Assembly: GCA_040225955.1 (NCBI GenBank)
Contig: JBECUL010000025.1
Span: 1-32,135 of the forward strand
DNA length: 32,135 nucleotides
From: Candidatus Asgardarchaeum abyssi
GTDB lineage: Archaea > Asgardarchaeota > Asgardarchaeia > Asgardarchaeales > Asgardarchaeaceae
Direction of reading: 5' to 3'
Below the pieces are notes generated by a model. It was not told the origin of the DNA. It made no database searches and saw nothing but the letters and a program-made list of their open reading frames with translations. Shown here in pieces: positions 9,529 to 19,700 of the stretch. Both the position numbers and the translations under genes were made by a program. Every line of letters starts with the position of its first letter. Positions within the stretch are counted from its first letter, which is position 1.

Positions 9529-10452
9529 ATGGAGGATTTAGTTATTTTAATTGTTGAAGAACGAATCAATACTATTGCTAAATTACTGTCAGAGCTAGGA
9601 TTTGATGGAATTATAGAGTTTGATAAAAGGGATCCAGGGTATAAAATGTTAAAACTCATTGCTAGAATGAGGGAAATAGAAGGCGTATATGCAATTGCAC
9701 TTTGTGCAGGGATTAATGACTTCCAGCTCTTAAAAGGTGGTGCTGAAGAATATTGGCATACCTTATATTTAACTTATAGAGAGTTTCGTAGCGAAAAAGG
9801 TGTTATTGGGAGAGATGCTACTAAACTGTTCGAATTATTCTTCTTATTCTTAAAGAAGGCTATTAATGCGAGGCTTCATAGTATCAAATTAAAACGAACC
9901 AAGGCTCTTTGTAAATCATCCTTGATGAAAGATCTTTTGAGCAACTTGAATAAATACAAGCAAAATCCATTAGTCCTTTGGAAGACTCTTGCGAAAGTGT
10001 TAAGAACTGGGACGTCAAAGAAAACAATAGTAGTTTCAATGAAACTTTTTGATATCGCAAATTTAGTCGTAGAAGGAAAGTATCTTGATTTTCCGAAGAA
10101 TATCCCGATTCGTGTGGATATTCATACTATTGATGTTTCTATATCATCAGGTATTGTTAGTAAATATACTAGCAGCAGTGATATAATTAAAGCTTGGCTA
10201 AACGTTTTAGATATCGTAAATCTAGAAATTTACCCAAAAGTGAATTTACTTAGAATTGACAGCATTGTATGGCAGATTGGAAAAATTATCTATCAAGCAA
10301 GGTTTGATAAAACTCTCTCAGAGCAATTACTAGTAAAATATTTTGTAGAGGAGATTGATATCGAAAGAGAAATTGCAGAGCGAATGGCAAAAGAGTTTAC
10401 TTATAATGTAGATGAAGTAATGACCTATAGAAAAAAGATTTCCCAGTATTGA
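9529..10452 (+). CDS. AGOG-family N-glycosylase/DNA lyase, divergent (start taken at ATG 9529 rather than 9328)
   Basis: RDPGY, DFQLLKGGAEEYW, KKTIVVSMK, IPIRVD and LRIDSIVW line up with the AGOG blocks DPQ, SYQL..GEEWW, KTIVFAxK, IPIPVD and LHLDSxLW. Confidence 0.85.
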   Translation: MEDLVILIVEERINTIAKLLSELGFDGIIEFDKRDPGYKMLKLIARMREIEGVYAIALCAGINDFQLLKGGAEEYWHTLYLTYREFRSEKGVIGRDATKLFELFFLFLKKAINARLHSIKLKRTKALCKSSLMKDLLSNLNKYKQNPLVLWKTLAKVLRTGTSKKTIVVSMKLFDIANLVVEGKYLDFPKNIPIRVDIHTIDVSISSGIVSKYTSSSDIIKAWLNVLDIVNLEIYPKVNLLRIDSIVWQIGKIIYQARFDKTLSEQLLVKYFVEEIDIEREIAERMAKEFTYNVDEVMTYRKKISQY

Positions 10453-10521
10453 TTAATCGGTTGACATGAGTCTCTAGACGCAAGTATGAACTATTTCGTA
10501 TCCTTATTAAGTGTTTATTCG

Positions 10522-11430
10522 CTATAAATGAAATGTGAGTATGATGGAAATTATGGAGATTACAGTAGCAATGACAGCTAAGAAGTAAGTAATATGAGTT
10601 AGTTTCATCATGTGAACATCTATCGTTCTTCCACCCATGGTTTCCTCCATGTGATGCCATAGGTCTGTAAGTATTCTTTCATTCAATTTATTTTCGAACA
10701 TATTACTCTCCTTGTCCTGCAGTTTTTTTACATAAAGGCAGTGTTGGTAGATTCCGTTAATTATATCTCTGATTAGTTTTTTACTTGGTACACCATCAGC
10801 ATATATTATTGTACTTGGAATACTTATTCGTACGCCATGAACCTTGCCTACAGCTCTGAAAAATTTTGTCTCAACCAAGTCAAAAAACAAGGTTTCTGTC
10901 TCGACAGAGAATGGAAGGTAGCTATCGTTAATCAGCTTTTTCCCATCATGTATAATTATCAATGGATAAGAATAGAAGAAAATTATCTCTCCATTAGGAT
11001 TGAAGTTTTTACTCTTTACGAGTAACTTATTAGAGTTAACAATATATTTTTCAATTAAATGGTTTCCCATTGAAAATAGTATGCCACGTATTTGCCTAAT
11101 CCCCTTTCTAGCTTGAGAATACTCTATCCTTAAGGAAAGTGAAATTATTACTCTATGATGATAATAGCCTATTGTTAAGGAGTCTAACAGAATATATTTG
11201 CTAAGATTGTCATACTCGCTGAGTACATCAAAAACCTTGGAAGGGTCTAATGTAATGACATAGTAAGAGTCTTGCATGATAGGCTCTTCTATTAAGAGGC
11301 CATCCTTATTTATACTTGCAACTATTTCCTTTCTAAATGATTCTAGCTCTGCCTTAGTGAAAACAATCTTATCATCCTTAAATCTCAATAGGGATAAAAT
11401 GTAGTAATCTATGAATACGTATTTACTCAT
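10522..11430 (-). CDS. Hypothetical protein with a single C-terminal TM helix
   Basis: 302 aa, soluble alpha/beta-like body ending in ITYFLAVIATVISIISIIL. Start overlaps the HAD stop by 8 bp. Confidence 0.75.
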   Translation of the reverse strand: MSKYVFIDYYILSLLRFKDDKIVFTKAELESFRKEIVASINKDGLLIEEPIMQDSYYVITLDPSKVFDVLSEYDNLSKYILLDSLTIGYYHHRVIISLSLRIEYSQARKGIRQIRGILFSMGNHLIEKYIVNSNKLLVKSKNFNPNGEIIFFYSYPLIIIHDGKKLINDSYLPFSVETETLFFDLVETKFFRAVGKVHGVRISIPSTIIYADGVPSKKLIRDIINGIYQHCLYVKKLQDKESNMFENKLNERILTDLWHHMEETMGGRTIDVHMMKLTHITYFLAVIATVISIISIILTFHL

Positions 11431-12115
11431 GTGTCACCACTTTCTTTATGAAAGCTATAGCGTCTAAAACACATTCAAAATTATGAGTCGGGTTATAGTG
11501 TTTTATCTTGTCTCCTATTGAAATACTAATTCCCGATTCTATAAGCATTGGAATATCGTTTTCGTCATCACCAACAGAGATCACATAATCTTTATCTATG
11601 TTTAAGATATCCCTAAGTTTTTTAACTGCAACCCCCTTATCAATATTAGCAGGTATTAAATCAATTGAATCCTCATGAACAAAAATCTTGATATTGCCAC
11701 GTTCTTTTTCTGGTATCATATCATTTAAAGTTTTTAAAATTTCTTCCAATAAGTTTACTTGTTTTGGGAAGATTGTCAATTGAACTTTATTAGGTTGGAG
11801 CCATACTTGATTGTCAAACTTTTTCATAATTTCTCTTTCAATGGCCGATATGACGTCTGGTCTTTTGATCATAATTATTTCCTCAAGGGTTTCTGGGAAA
11901 AATATAACACAACCGTTTTCTCCTATGATTGCAGGCGATTTCACACCAATTCCTCTAACAAAACCAGCAATATATGATACATTTTTCCCAGAAGCAAAAA
12001 CGATATCGGCACTTTCATTAAGATCCCTTAAAGCCTCTATGATTTTCATATCAACTGGTTTTCCAAACTCTGCCACCGTACCATCAATATCAAAAATTGT
12101 TAGAAACCTCTTCAC
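11423..12115 (-). CDS. HAD-superfamily subfamily IIB (Cof/phosphoglycolate phosphatase-like) hydrolase
   Basis: DIDGT, ASGK, IGENG, DKGVAV and GDDENDIPM motifs. GGTGA SD upstream of a GTG start. Confidence 0.93.
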   Translation of the reverse strand: MKRFLTIFDIDGTVAEFGKPVDMKIIEALRDLNESADIVFASGKNVSYIAGFVRGIGVKSPAIIGENGCVIFFPETLEEIIMIKRPDVISAIEREIMKKFDNQVWLQPNKVQLTIFPKQVNLLEEILKTLNDMIPEKERGNIKIFVHEDSIDLIPANIDKGVAVKKLRDILNIDKDYVISVGDDENDIPMLIESGISISIGDKIKHYNPTHNFECVLDAIAFIKKVVTHE

Positions 12116-12191
12116 AATAAATCACCAATTGGTGATGCTGAAAAGCTCCTTATTAGTTTGATTTGACAAGTTATATTAATGTATTTCTGAT

Positions 12192-13142
12192 TTAGATATT
12201 TTTCAAAATTTCTAATACATTATCTCTAACTTTATTATGAATCTCTTTTCGTGCAAGTATAATATCGATAGGCTCTTCACCAAAAATTCTTGCATTTGCT
12301 AAATTACCGCTTACTCTTGAAACAGCTAGACCCAGCCCTTTCGAGAGGGGATAAATAGCAGCAATGTCATGAGGCATTAAAGATGCTCCTTTATCCCGAG
12401 CTATGAGAGCTCTTAAATCCAGAAGTCCTTCTATTCTTCCCTCAAAAACTAGGGCTTGATCTAGAGCAGTGCCACCTGTTCCCATAAATACGCTATATTT
12501 TTTAGACATCTCGGATGCTACTTTGCCTATAATGTCGTATCCCGAATTTGAATAACAAGCAAACGCAAGTATGGGTTTTTGTATATAGCTGAAATCAGGT
12601 AACGTATATTCTGAGCCATTTAGTAAAGTTATATATCTACCACTATCAACTTGCAGTCCTATGAAGTAGTTCCTAGATCCGAGAGAATAGTGAATTCCAA
12701 CTTTCATGTCCGTAAGTGTTGCATCAGAATACGATTTGTCCGTCCATCCACCAATGAAAAATGCTCTTGATGGAAATACTGATTTATTTATCATGAGCCA
12801 ACGACTATGGTCCGTGCTATAACATATTGGGTCTAAGAAGTATGTAGGCACACCATCTAATAAATCATCTTTAATATTCCCATGACTCACAGAGAAGCTC
12901 TTCTCTTGCTCTTCCAAGAGAACATTTGCTTCAAAGGATAATTTTTTAGAAGCCTCTGAGAAATACTCTCTAAGCTTTTCGTCAATGATGTAATCAACTG
13001 CCCATTTTTTCTCTCCAACACCTTCGATTTCGCTAACGATACCCTTTGTCCATTTCCCCTTAACCATCGTACTGAAACTATATATCTTCTCAGCAACCCA
13101 CAAAAGGGATAAAACATATTTGTTTATTTTAGTGCACCTCAA
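12192..13142 (-). CDS. Divergent inositol monophosphatase/FBPase (FIG) superfamily protein
   Basis: VLLEE, YFLDPICYS (for DPIDGT), GGTALDQALVFEGRIEGLLDLR and PHDIAA motifs. Confidence 0.75.
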   Translation of the reverse strand: MRCTKINKYVLSLLWVAEKIYSFSTMVKGKWTKGIVSEIEGVGEKKWAVDYIIDEKLREYFSEASKKLSFEANVLLEEQEKSFSVSHGNIKDDLLDGVPTYFLDPICYSTDHSRWLMINKSVFPSRAFFIGGWTDKSYSDATLTDMKVGIHYSLGSRNYFIGLQVDSGRYITLLNGSEYTLPDFSYIQKPILAFACYSNSGYDIIGKVASEMSKKYSVFMGTGGTALDQALVFEGRIEGLLDLRALIARDKGASLMPHDIAAIYPLSKGLGLAVSRVSGNLANARIFGEEPIDIILARKEIHNKVRDNVLEILKNI

Positions 13143-13265
13143 ACAATTTGTTGATCAATTGACTATCAATTAAGATAATAATGTATTATGAGTGAAAATA
13201 TTTAGACTGAATATCTATAAATTTTATGCATTTTTAGCAGGAATAAACTTAGAAGAGAATTGAGT

Positions 13266-13397
13266 ATGAAAAAGAAGAGGAAAAATGTTAATTACTTACG
13301 CTCGTTTTTTATTATTTTCTTATTAACTTTTATGAATTGCGTTCTTTTGCAGTTATCGAAATCGCTAACTATTTATTATATTATTAATTTTACATAA
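13266..13397 (+). pseudogene. 43-codon ORF resembling an orphan signal peptide
   Basis: MKKKRKNVNYLRSFFIIFLLTFMNCVLL: basic n-region followed by a hydrophobic stretch. Confidence 0.25.
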
Positions 13398-13432
13398 ATA
13401 AAAAATTAATAATAAATATAAGAGGGTCTAAT

Positions 13433-13795
13433 ATGCAGAAAACGTTGCTTTAGGCATAGTAATCATACTATTTTTTGCAGCTGTGATGCTGCTCCAAGAT
13501 TTAATGAGGCTTATTTTGTGCAAATAAAAAGGAAATAGCGAGATAATCTTAAATGATACAATTGTCATTGATTTTGGAGATATAATAGTTTATGAGAACA
13601 TGACAATCCATTATGAATCTACTAATACACCGATTTTTATGGTATATGGCACGCTTAAGTTAATTAACTGCGTAATAATTCCATCGAATCCAGTTGATTT
13701 CAGAATCCATGATGATGTTTTTAGCAGAGATTCTTACATTTATAGTAATTATTGTGGGCGTTATTATGATCATTTTAAAAAGAAGGAAAAGCTGA
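13433..13795 (+). pseudogene. Collapsed surface-protein gene (signal peptide, beta-rich start, TM tail)
   Basis: MQK/frameshift/NVALGIVIILFFAAVMLL, then IILNDTIVIDFGDIIVYENMTIHY...GTLKLINC. In another frame, MFLAEILTFIVIIVGVIMIILKRRKS* ends at 13795. Confidence 0.65.
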
Positions 13796-13863
13796 CAATC
13801 CGTTAAATTGTAAGTCCTTGGAAAAAAATAAATGTTTATTCACGAAAGCAGTATTAGTGATCA

Positions 13864-15096
13864 TTGATGGGTGAGTATATTCCAATAATTTCACCAGAAG
13901 GACAAATAAAGGGTTTCATAAGTGTAGGGTCGGACTTTTTTACACTTTTATTACCAGATGGTACACAAAAAACATTTTTCTGGTTAGAGCCTAATGTGGC
14001 ATACTCGGTTACTCAATTTCTTGACGATAACTACTGGATTCATTTTGATTCCGATTCGCTATATCTTCTAAATTATTTAGATTTGACACCATCGCTCTTT
14101 GGGTACGTGGCTTATGACATAGATGAATATGTGAATATCATAAAGAGCCGAGTTAAAGATAGAATTAAGGGATGCAAAGTACTCTTTTCTTATAGTGGTG
14201 GAAAGGATAGTAATGCAAGTCTTGTGATTTTAAGTAAACTTCAAGAGCTGATCAGTTTCAAGCTATATGTTGCATACGTACATGTACCAATTTTAGACTC
14301 CAAAAAGAATATCGACATTGCGGAGAAATTAGTAAGAAAACTCGGATTGGATTTGATTGTATTGGAAGCTGATAAAAAGCTTATTAAGAAACGTATCAGC
14401 GATGAAGGGCTTCCTCATAGAGGACATCGATGGTGTACATACCAAAAGATTAAGCCAATAAGGAAATTTAAACGTGAATACAATATTGATTATGAGGTAA
14501 TTAATGACAGAGCTTTTGAGACTTTTAAAAGACTCATAAGCTTGGTGCAATATGCAAATCAAAGAATCTTCATTAGTGGACGTAAATTTAAACCTATTTT
14601 TCCGCTGACATTCCTTGATATTGTTAAAATAAATAGAGATTTCGGCTTAGTGCATCCATCTTACACTTTTGGTAATACACGTGTTTCTTGTACCTTGTGC
14701 CCGTATCGCTCTTTTGTAGAGGTGAACCATAACGAAGTAAAATCATTGAGCGAATATAATTTCATTTGTCAAGTGTTAGAATATGAATATCAAAAATGGT
14801 ACAGTGACCTGCTATCTTATAAGGACTTCGCGAAATTTGCCATGTGGAGATATGGAAGGTATCAGAGCGAACAGATTGTTAGATTTAGGAAATTTCTTCA
14901 CAAAAGGAAAGATAATTTAGAGAAAATAACGTATAATGATGTTGTTGAATATCTCAGAAGCCCCTGGGTTTATCCCTTGCCACAAGCACCTAGTTTTGAT
15001 ATAGACTTTGTGTTTCAGAAAATAAGAGAAAGTTTAGAAAATGACTATCTAACAGTAATAAATCTTAATCTCGTTTCTAGAAGTTTTAGAACATGA
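13864..15096 (+). CDS. Phosphoadenosine phosphosulfate (PAPS) reductase-family PP-loop protein
   Basis: SYSGGKDS PP-loop, RWCTYQKIKP and RVSCTLCPY cysteine motifs. Confidence 0.9.
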   Translation: MMGEYIPIISPEGQIKGFISVGSDFFTLLLPDGTQKTFFWLEPNVAYSVTQFLDDNYWIHFDSDSLYLLNYLDLTPSLFGYVAYDIDEYVNIIKSRVKDRIKGCKVLFSYSGGKDSNASLVILSKLQELISFKLYVAYVHVPILDSKKNIDIAEKLVRKLGLDLIVLEADKKLIKKRISDEGLPHRGHRWCTYQKIKPIRKFKREYNIDYEVINDRAFETFKRLISLVQYANQRIFISGRKFKPIFPLTFLDIVKINRDFGLVHPSYTFGNTRVSCTLCPYRSFVEVNHNEVKSLSEYNFICQVLEYEYQKWYSDLLSYKDFAKFAMWRYGRYQSEQIVRFRKFLHKRKDNLEKITYNDVVEYLRSPWVYPLPQAPSFDIDFVFQKIRESLENDYLTVINLNLVSRSFRT

Positions 15097-15236
15097 TGAA
15101 TACTTTTCTTTTTAAATAATATACATCGCATATTATTTTCCCACATTGATATAGCTCAAATATTATATACGTAAACGTCTCAGTGTTTTTAAATGTTTAA
15201 ATCATTAAATCAAGGAATTTGTATGAGGTTATTTTA

Positions 15237-15469
15237 ATGAAGGAAAGTAAGTTTTATTCAAACAGAGGTTAATCTAGAGTTATATCAGCTTCTTAAATGT
15301 ATTTCTTGCAAAGAGAAAAAAAGCCTCAAGAAAATATTCAGAGAAGCTCTAGAAGAGTACGTCAAGAAATATAAAAAGAAAAATAGAGGGAGACCCTATT
15401 TTTAAACTAATAGGTAGTATTGAAACTAATGAAGTAAATTGGAGTGAGCAGGATAATTGGAGACTTTAA
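15237..15469 (+). pseudogene. Frameshifted ribbon-helix-helix antitoxin
   Basis: IQTEVNLELYQLLK...SLKKIFREALEEYVKK, then a frameshift, then DPIFKLIGSIETNEVNWSEQDNWRL*. Confidence 0.7.
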
Positions 15470-15625
15470 TGAGATATATCTTGATATTTCCGCACTTATA
15501 GCTTTTTAGACGAGAGTTATAGAAATTATAGCAAAGCAGTTAAATTCTTTAGGGATTCTATTGATAGTGATAGCACATTTGATTCTAATTTTAAGCTCAG
15601 AGTTTTTAATATACTCCTTAAGTGA
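15469..15625 (+). pseudogene. PIN/VapC toxin remnant with internal deletion
   Basis: TAATG overlap with the antitoxin. IYLDISALIAF/LDESYRNYSKAVKFF joins directly to the C-terminal TFDSNF motif. Confidence 0.7.
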
Positions 15626-15716
15626 TGATTCTGTTAGTATAAGCTTATCGAACTTGAAAACATATAATTGGCTTAAATAAAAATATAAATGAATCATCTT
15701 ATGAATAAAATTAAGT

Positions 15717-16553
15717 GTGTGTATGATGTTAGATGAAATAGATGAAATTGTTAAATCTTGGTATAGAGAAAAAGCACAGTATGAATGGGAGCGCTTGCAG
15801 CAAGATCCTTATCATCAATTAGAATTTATTATAACGTTGCATTTTCTTAAAAAATATTTGCCTAAAACTGGTTTGGTTCTTGATGCTGGAGGGGGACCAG
15901 GGCGGTATACAATAGAGCTTGCAAAAAGAGGGTATGATGTTATTTTGTTGGACTTGGTTCCTGAATTATTAAAAATTGCGAAAGAACAAATAAAAAAAGC
16001 AGGTGTGCAAAATAAAGTTAAGCAGATTGTTGAAGGCTCCATAGACGATCTATCAATGTTTGAAAATGAAACATTTGATGCTGTACTTTGTTTAGGAGGC
16101 GTGTTGAATCATCTTTTAGACGAAAGACGAAGAGAAAAAGCTGCAAGAGAGCTTATAAGAGTTGCAAAGAAGGGGGCTCCTGTTTTTGTTTCGGTCATAA
16201 GTAGGCTTGGTGTACTGAGAACAATATTCTTAAGATTTCCTGAGAGTCTGAAATTCTGTAAACATCATTGGGAAGTGGGAGATTATATCCCCGGAGTGCA
16301 TGGAAGAGGATTCACAGCGGCTCATTGGTTCTTACCTGAAGAGCTAAAAGAACTATTTGAGAGACAGGGAGTAAAAATTCTAGAGATGACTGCTTTAGAA
16401 GGGCTATCGTCTCATCATCGGGAGGAAACAAACAAACTATATGAGAATCAAGAAAACTGGAAATTATGGCTGGAAATATTATTAGAGACTTGTAATCATC
16501 CTTCAATTATCGGAGCAAGTGAGCATTTTCTTATGGTCGCTAAGAAAATATAA
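15717..16553 (+). CDS. Class I SAM-dependent methyltransferase
   Basis: VLDAGGGPGRY motif I, ILLDL, FDAVLCLG and ELIRVAKKGA. Confidence 0.92.
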   Translation: MCMMLDEIDEIVKSWYREKAQYEWERLQQDPYHQLEFIITLHFLKKYLPKTGLVLDAGGGPGRYTIELAKRGYDVILLDLVPELLKIAKEQIKKAGVQNKVKQIVEGSIDDLSMFENETFDAVLCLGGVLNHLLDERRREKAARELIRVAKKGAPVFVSVISRLGVLRTIFLRFPESLKFCKHHWEVGDYIPGVHGRGFTAAHWFLPEELKELFERQGVKILEMTALEGLSSHHREETNKLYENQENWKLWLEILLETCNHPSIIGASEHFLMVAKKI

Positions 16554-16575
16554 TAATTATATTCCGAATGAAAAT

Positions 16576-16710
16576 TCAACTAGCTAATTCTTTAACCTTT
16601 GCTTTAACGGTTTCTACGAAATCCTATGCCAATTCAATAGCCTCCTCAGCCTCTTCTTTGATATGTAAGTAATAAGCCCCCATAATCAGCATTCTCTTCT
16701 TAATCTATAA
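16576..16710 (-). pseudogene. HEPN-domain C-terminal remnant
   Basis: Across frameshifts it reads YRLR/ENADYGG.../KEEAEEAIELA*DFVETVKAKVKELA, an R-x-x-A-D-Y motif plus terminal helix. Boundaries are approximate. Confidence 0.6.
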
Positions 16711-16780
16711 TTTAAATAATCATTGTTAAAAACGATGTTTCACCATTATTTTGGCTAAAAATATCTGATTTTTTATATTT

Positions 16781-19700
16781 ATGACATTATTTCTTATAAA
16801 AGAGAATACGGAGGCAATCATTTTGAGATACTCTAAGCTCTTAATATTTTTACTTTTATCCTCCGTTATTTTATACTTTGGACTATCGGAAAAATATTTT
16901 GCAGTAGATAACTTGAATATTCAAAATTTTAATTCTGCGACGACGAATAATATAAACACTACAAATAAGAAATTCGTTTCTGAGGAGGCACACGTAACCT
17001 ACAGTAGTAAGAGTAACAACGTCCTTTTGAATAAGGAATTTATTAAACAGAATTATAATATTACAATATTTAGCACGATAAATAGTATTGGAGCTACGTC
17101 TTTAACAAGCGACGATATAATCATTACTGAACCAACAATTATCGCAAACCAGAACATGACAATAAGTGGCAACCTAATAGTGTTAAATAGTCTCTCAATA
17201 ATAAACTCCACATTATGTTTTAACTCAACATCAACTACATTGCTATTTTTTAAAATTGAATCGTATGTTGTAATCGAAAACTCGGACATTTTTGTCTCGA
17301 ATGGAAATTACGAGCTTGTAATAGACGAGAATGCAGAGAGAGTTGAAATAACAGATAGTAATCTGTATGGGTTTTTAGCAATAGTAATATCTTCAAGTGG
17401 AGAGAACGTATTGCTAAATGGCTCAAATATCCATAATTTAAACTCGGGAGTTACTATTTATAATGCAGAAAACGTTACGCTCGAAGGAAATCATATATCT
17501 TCCAATATGCATGGTGTATTGATTCAAAATTCATCATATGTTACGCTAACAAGTAATATTATTGAGATGAACACTTTATATGGGCTCAAGTCCATTAACT
17601 CTTATAACATATCGGTAAGAAGTAATGTTATTCGGGAGAATCAGATTGGGTCGTACTTTATTTATTCCGAAAATATCACCTTTAGTGGAAATTATATAAG
17701 TGAGAATACGGAAAGAGGGGGCGTTTTTGAAAACTCTACTAATCTCGTAATAAAGGATAATATATTTGAGAATAATGAAATCTTTGGCTTAAATATTTAT
17801 AACAATTCGGATGTTCTCGTTGCTGAAAATACTTTCATCAAAGACCAAATATGGGTAATGGGATCTTATGAGGCTTTGTTAAGTAAAACAGCTATTGAAA
17901 ATAATTTTCTTAACGGGAAAAAGATCATTTTCCATGTTGGTATAGACAATATTAGTATCGAAAAGCAAGAAATAGGGCAGCTAATTATCGCGTATTGTAA
18001 TAATTTCGTTCTGAAGGAGGTTAATTGTAGTGCAATCCAGTTATATAAAGCTTCTAATATTTCCATAGTTGATTCTAGTTTTGGGAATTCAGACTCGGCT
18101 ATCGTTATTTGGTATTCAGAACTTGTAGAAATCGAAAATTCCAACATAACAGTATCAGATCTTGGTGGAATTCGCTTATTTAGAAGCAAAAATATTACTG
18201 TAAACGAAGGTGTCATCAATAACTGCGGTATTGGGATATTCATTGCTGAAACTTCTGATGTAGTTGTTTCGAGCGCTACCATTGAGAGTAACATATACTT
18301 CGATATTCTTTTGCTCTCAGCATCAAACGTATGGATAATAAATAATGAAATAAAAGTCTCTTTCGAAGGTGTCAGCATAATAGACCTCCTTGGTAGTTCA
18401 TATTTTGAAAATATAAGTATCTCTAACAATCTAATCGAAGGTGATGCAACTAATAATGCATTATTTGGAATAAAGGTATTGCTGAACGAAGAAGGGTCCT
18501 CTATAAAAAATATGGTTGCGAAAAATAACAGGATGGACAATATCTCACATGGTACTGCTGTTATGCCTACTAAAGGAATTGCGTTAAATATGACAATATA
18601 CAATAATACAATATCATATTCTAGTAGCTATGGGATATTGCTGAAGGGCAACATTAGAAATGTAAATATCACCATGAATAATGTTTCTGAGAGTTATAGA
18701 GGAATATACATGGAGCGTATAAACGGTAGTGTTGTAGTAAGAAATGTTCTTCATAATAACGTTTATGGAATTATCGTCAACGAATCCTATGACAATCTTA
18801 TTTATGAAAACTGTTTTCTTAACAATAGTATTCAAGCATATAATATAGGCAACAATTTTTGGGATAATGGGTCTTATGGTAACTTCTGGGACGATTACAT
18901 AGGATATGACGAAAATAATGATGGAATAGGCGACGTGCAATACTCGATATCTGAGAATGGAACAGACAATTTTCCGTTAATTTATTGCTTCATTCTGAAT
19001 GATAAAAGCCCACCAATGATATTCCTAACAGCAAGTATAATGAACAATTCAATTGTATCGGAAGATGTTATTATAATAACATGGAATATTGTTGACAAAT
19101 ACTTTAAAAAAGTAGATATCTCCCTTAATAATTCCCTCATGTTTACATCTAAAAACCCGAACGAGAGCTTGTTGTTGCCATTATCCTCAGAAGGCCAATG
19201 GACTATCAAAGTTGTCGCAACCGATATAAGCAATAACACAAGCTGTAAGATATGGGTCATTTATTGTGATTTTACAGATCCAATAATTAACATAATAACA
19301 TCAATCAAAAATAATACACCCACAAATGAAAGGAACGTAACTTTGAAGTGGAACATACAAGATAGATATTTTGGTGCTCTCGATGTTTTCATGAATGGTA
19401 CTCTAATTTTTTCTTCGGATAATATAACTGGAAGCCATAATCTAATTCTCAGTGATGGCACTTGGAATGTGACAGTATATGTAAAAGATAAAGCTCGAAA
19501 CTCAAAGACAACTACCTTTATTTTCGTTATTGATACAAAGCCACCTACAATTTGTATATCATCAACAATTAAAAACATGAGTCTGTTGAAAGAACCCAAC
19601 TTCTTAATAAACTGGTATGTTATTGATCTTTATCCTGCCAATGTTTCATTCTTTTTAAATGACACAAAGATATTCTCAACTTCCGCTCTATGTGGGTCTT

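Noticed and set aside
7501-13260. Integrated island with att sites around the M48-to-IMPase cluster
   Set aside because: The flanks are very AT-rich, but I found no bounding direct repeat, tRNA or integrase by eye.
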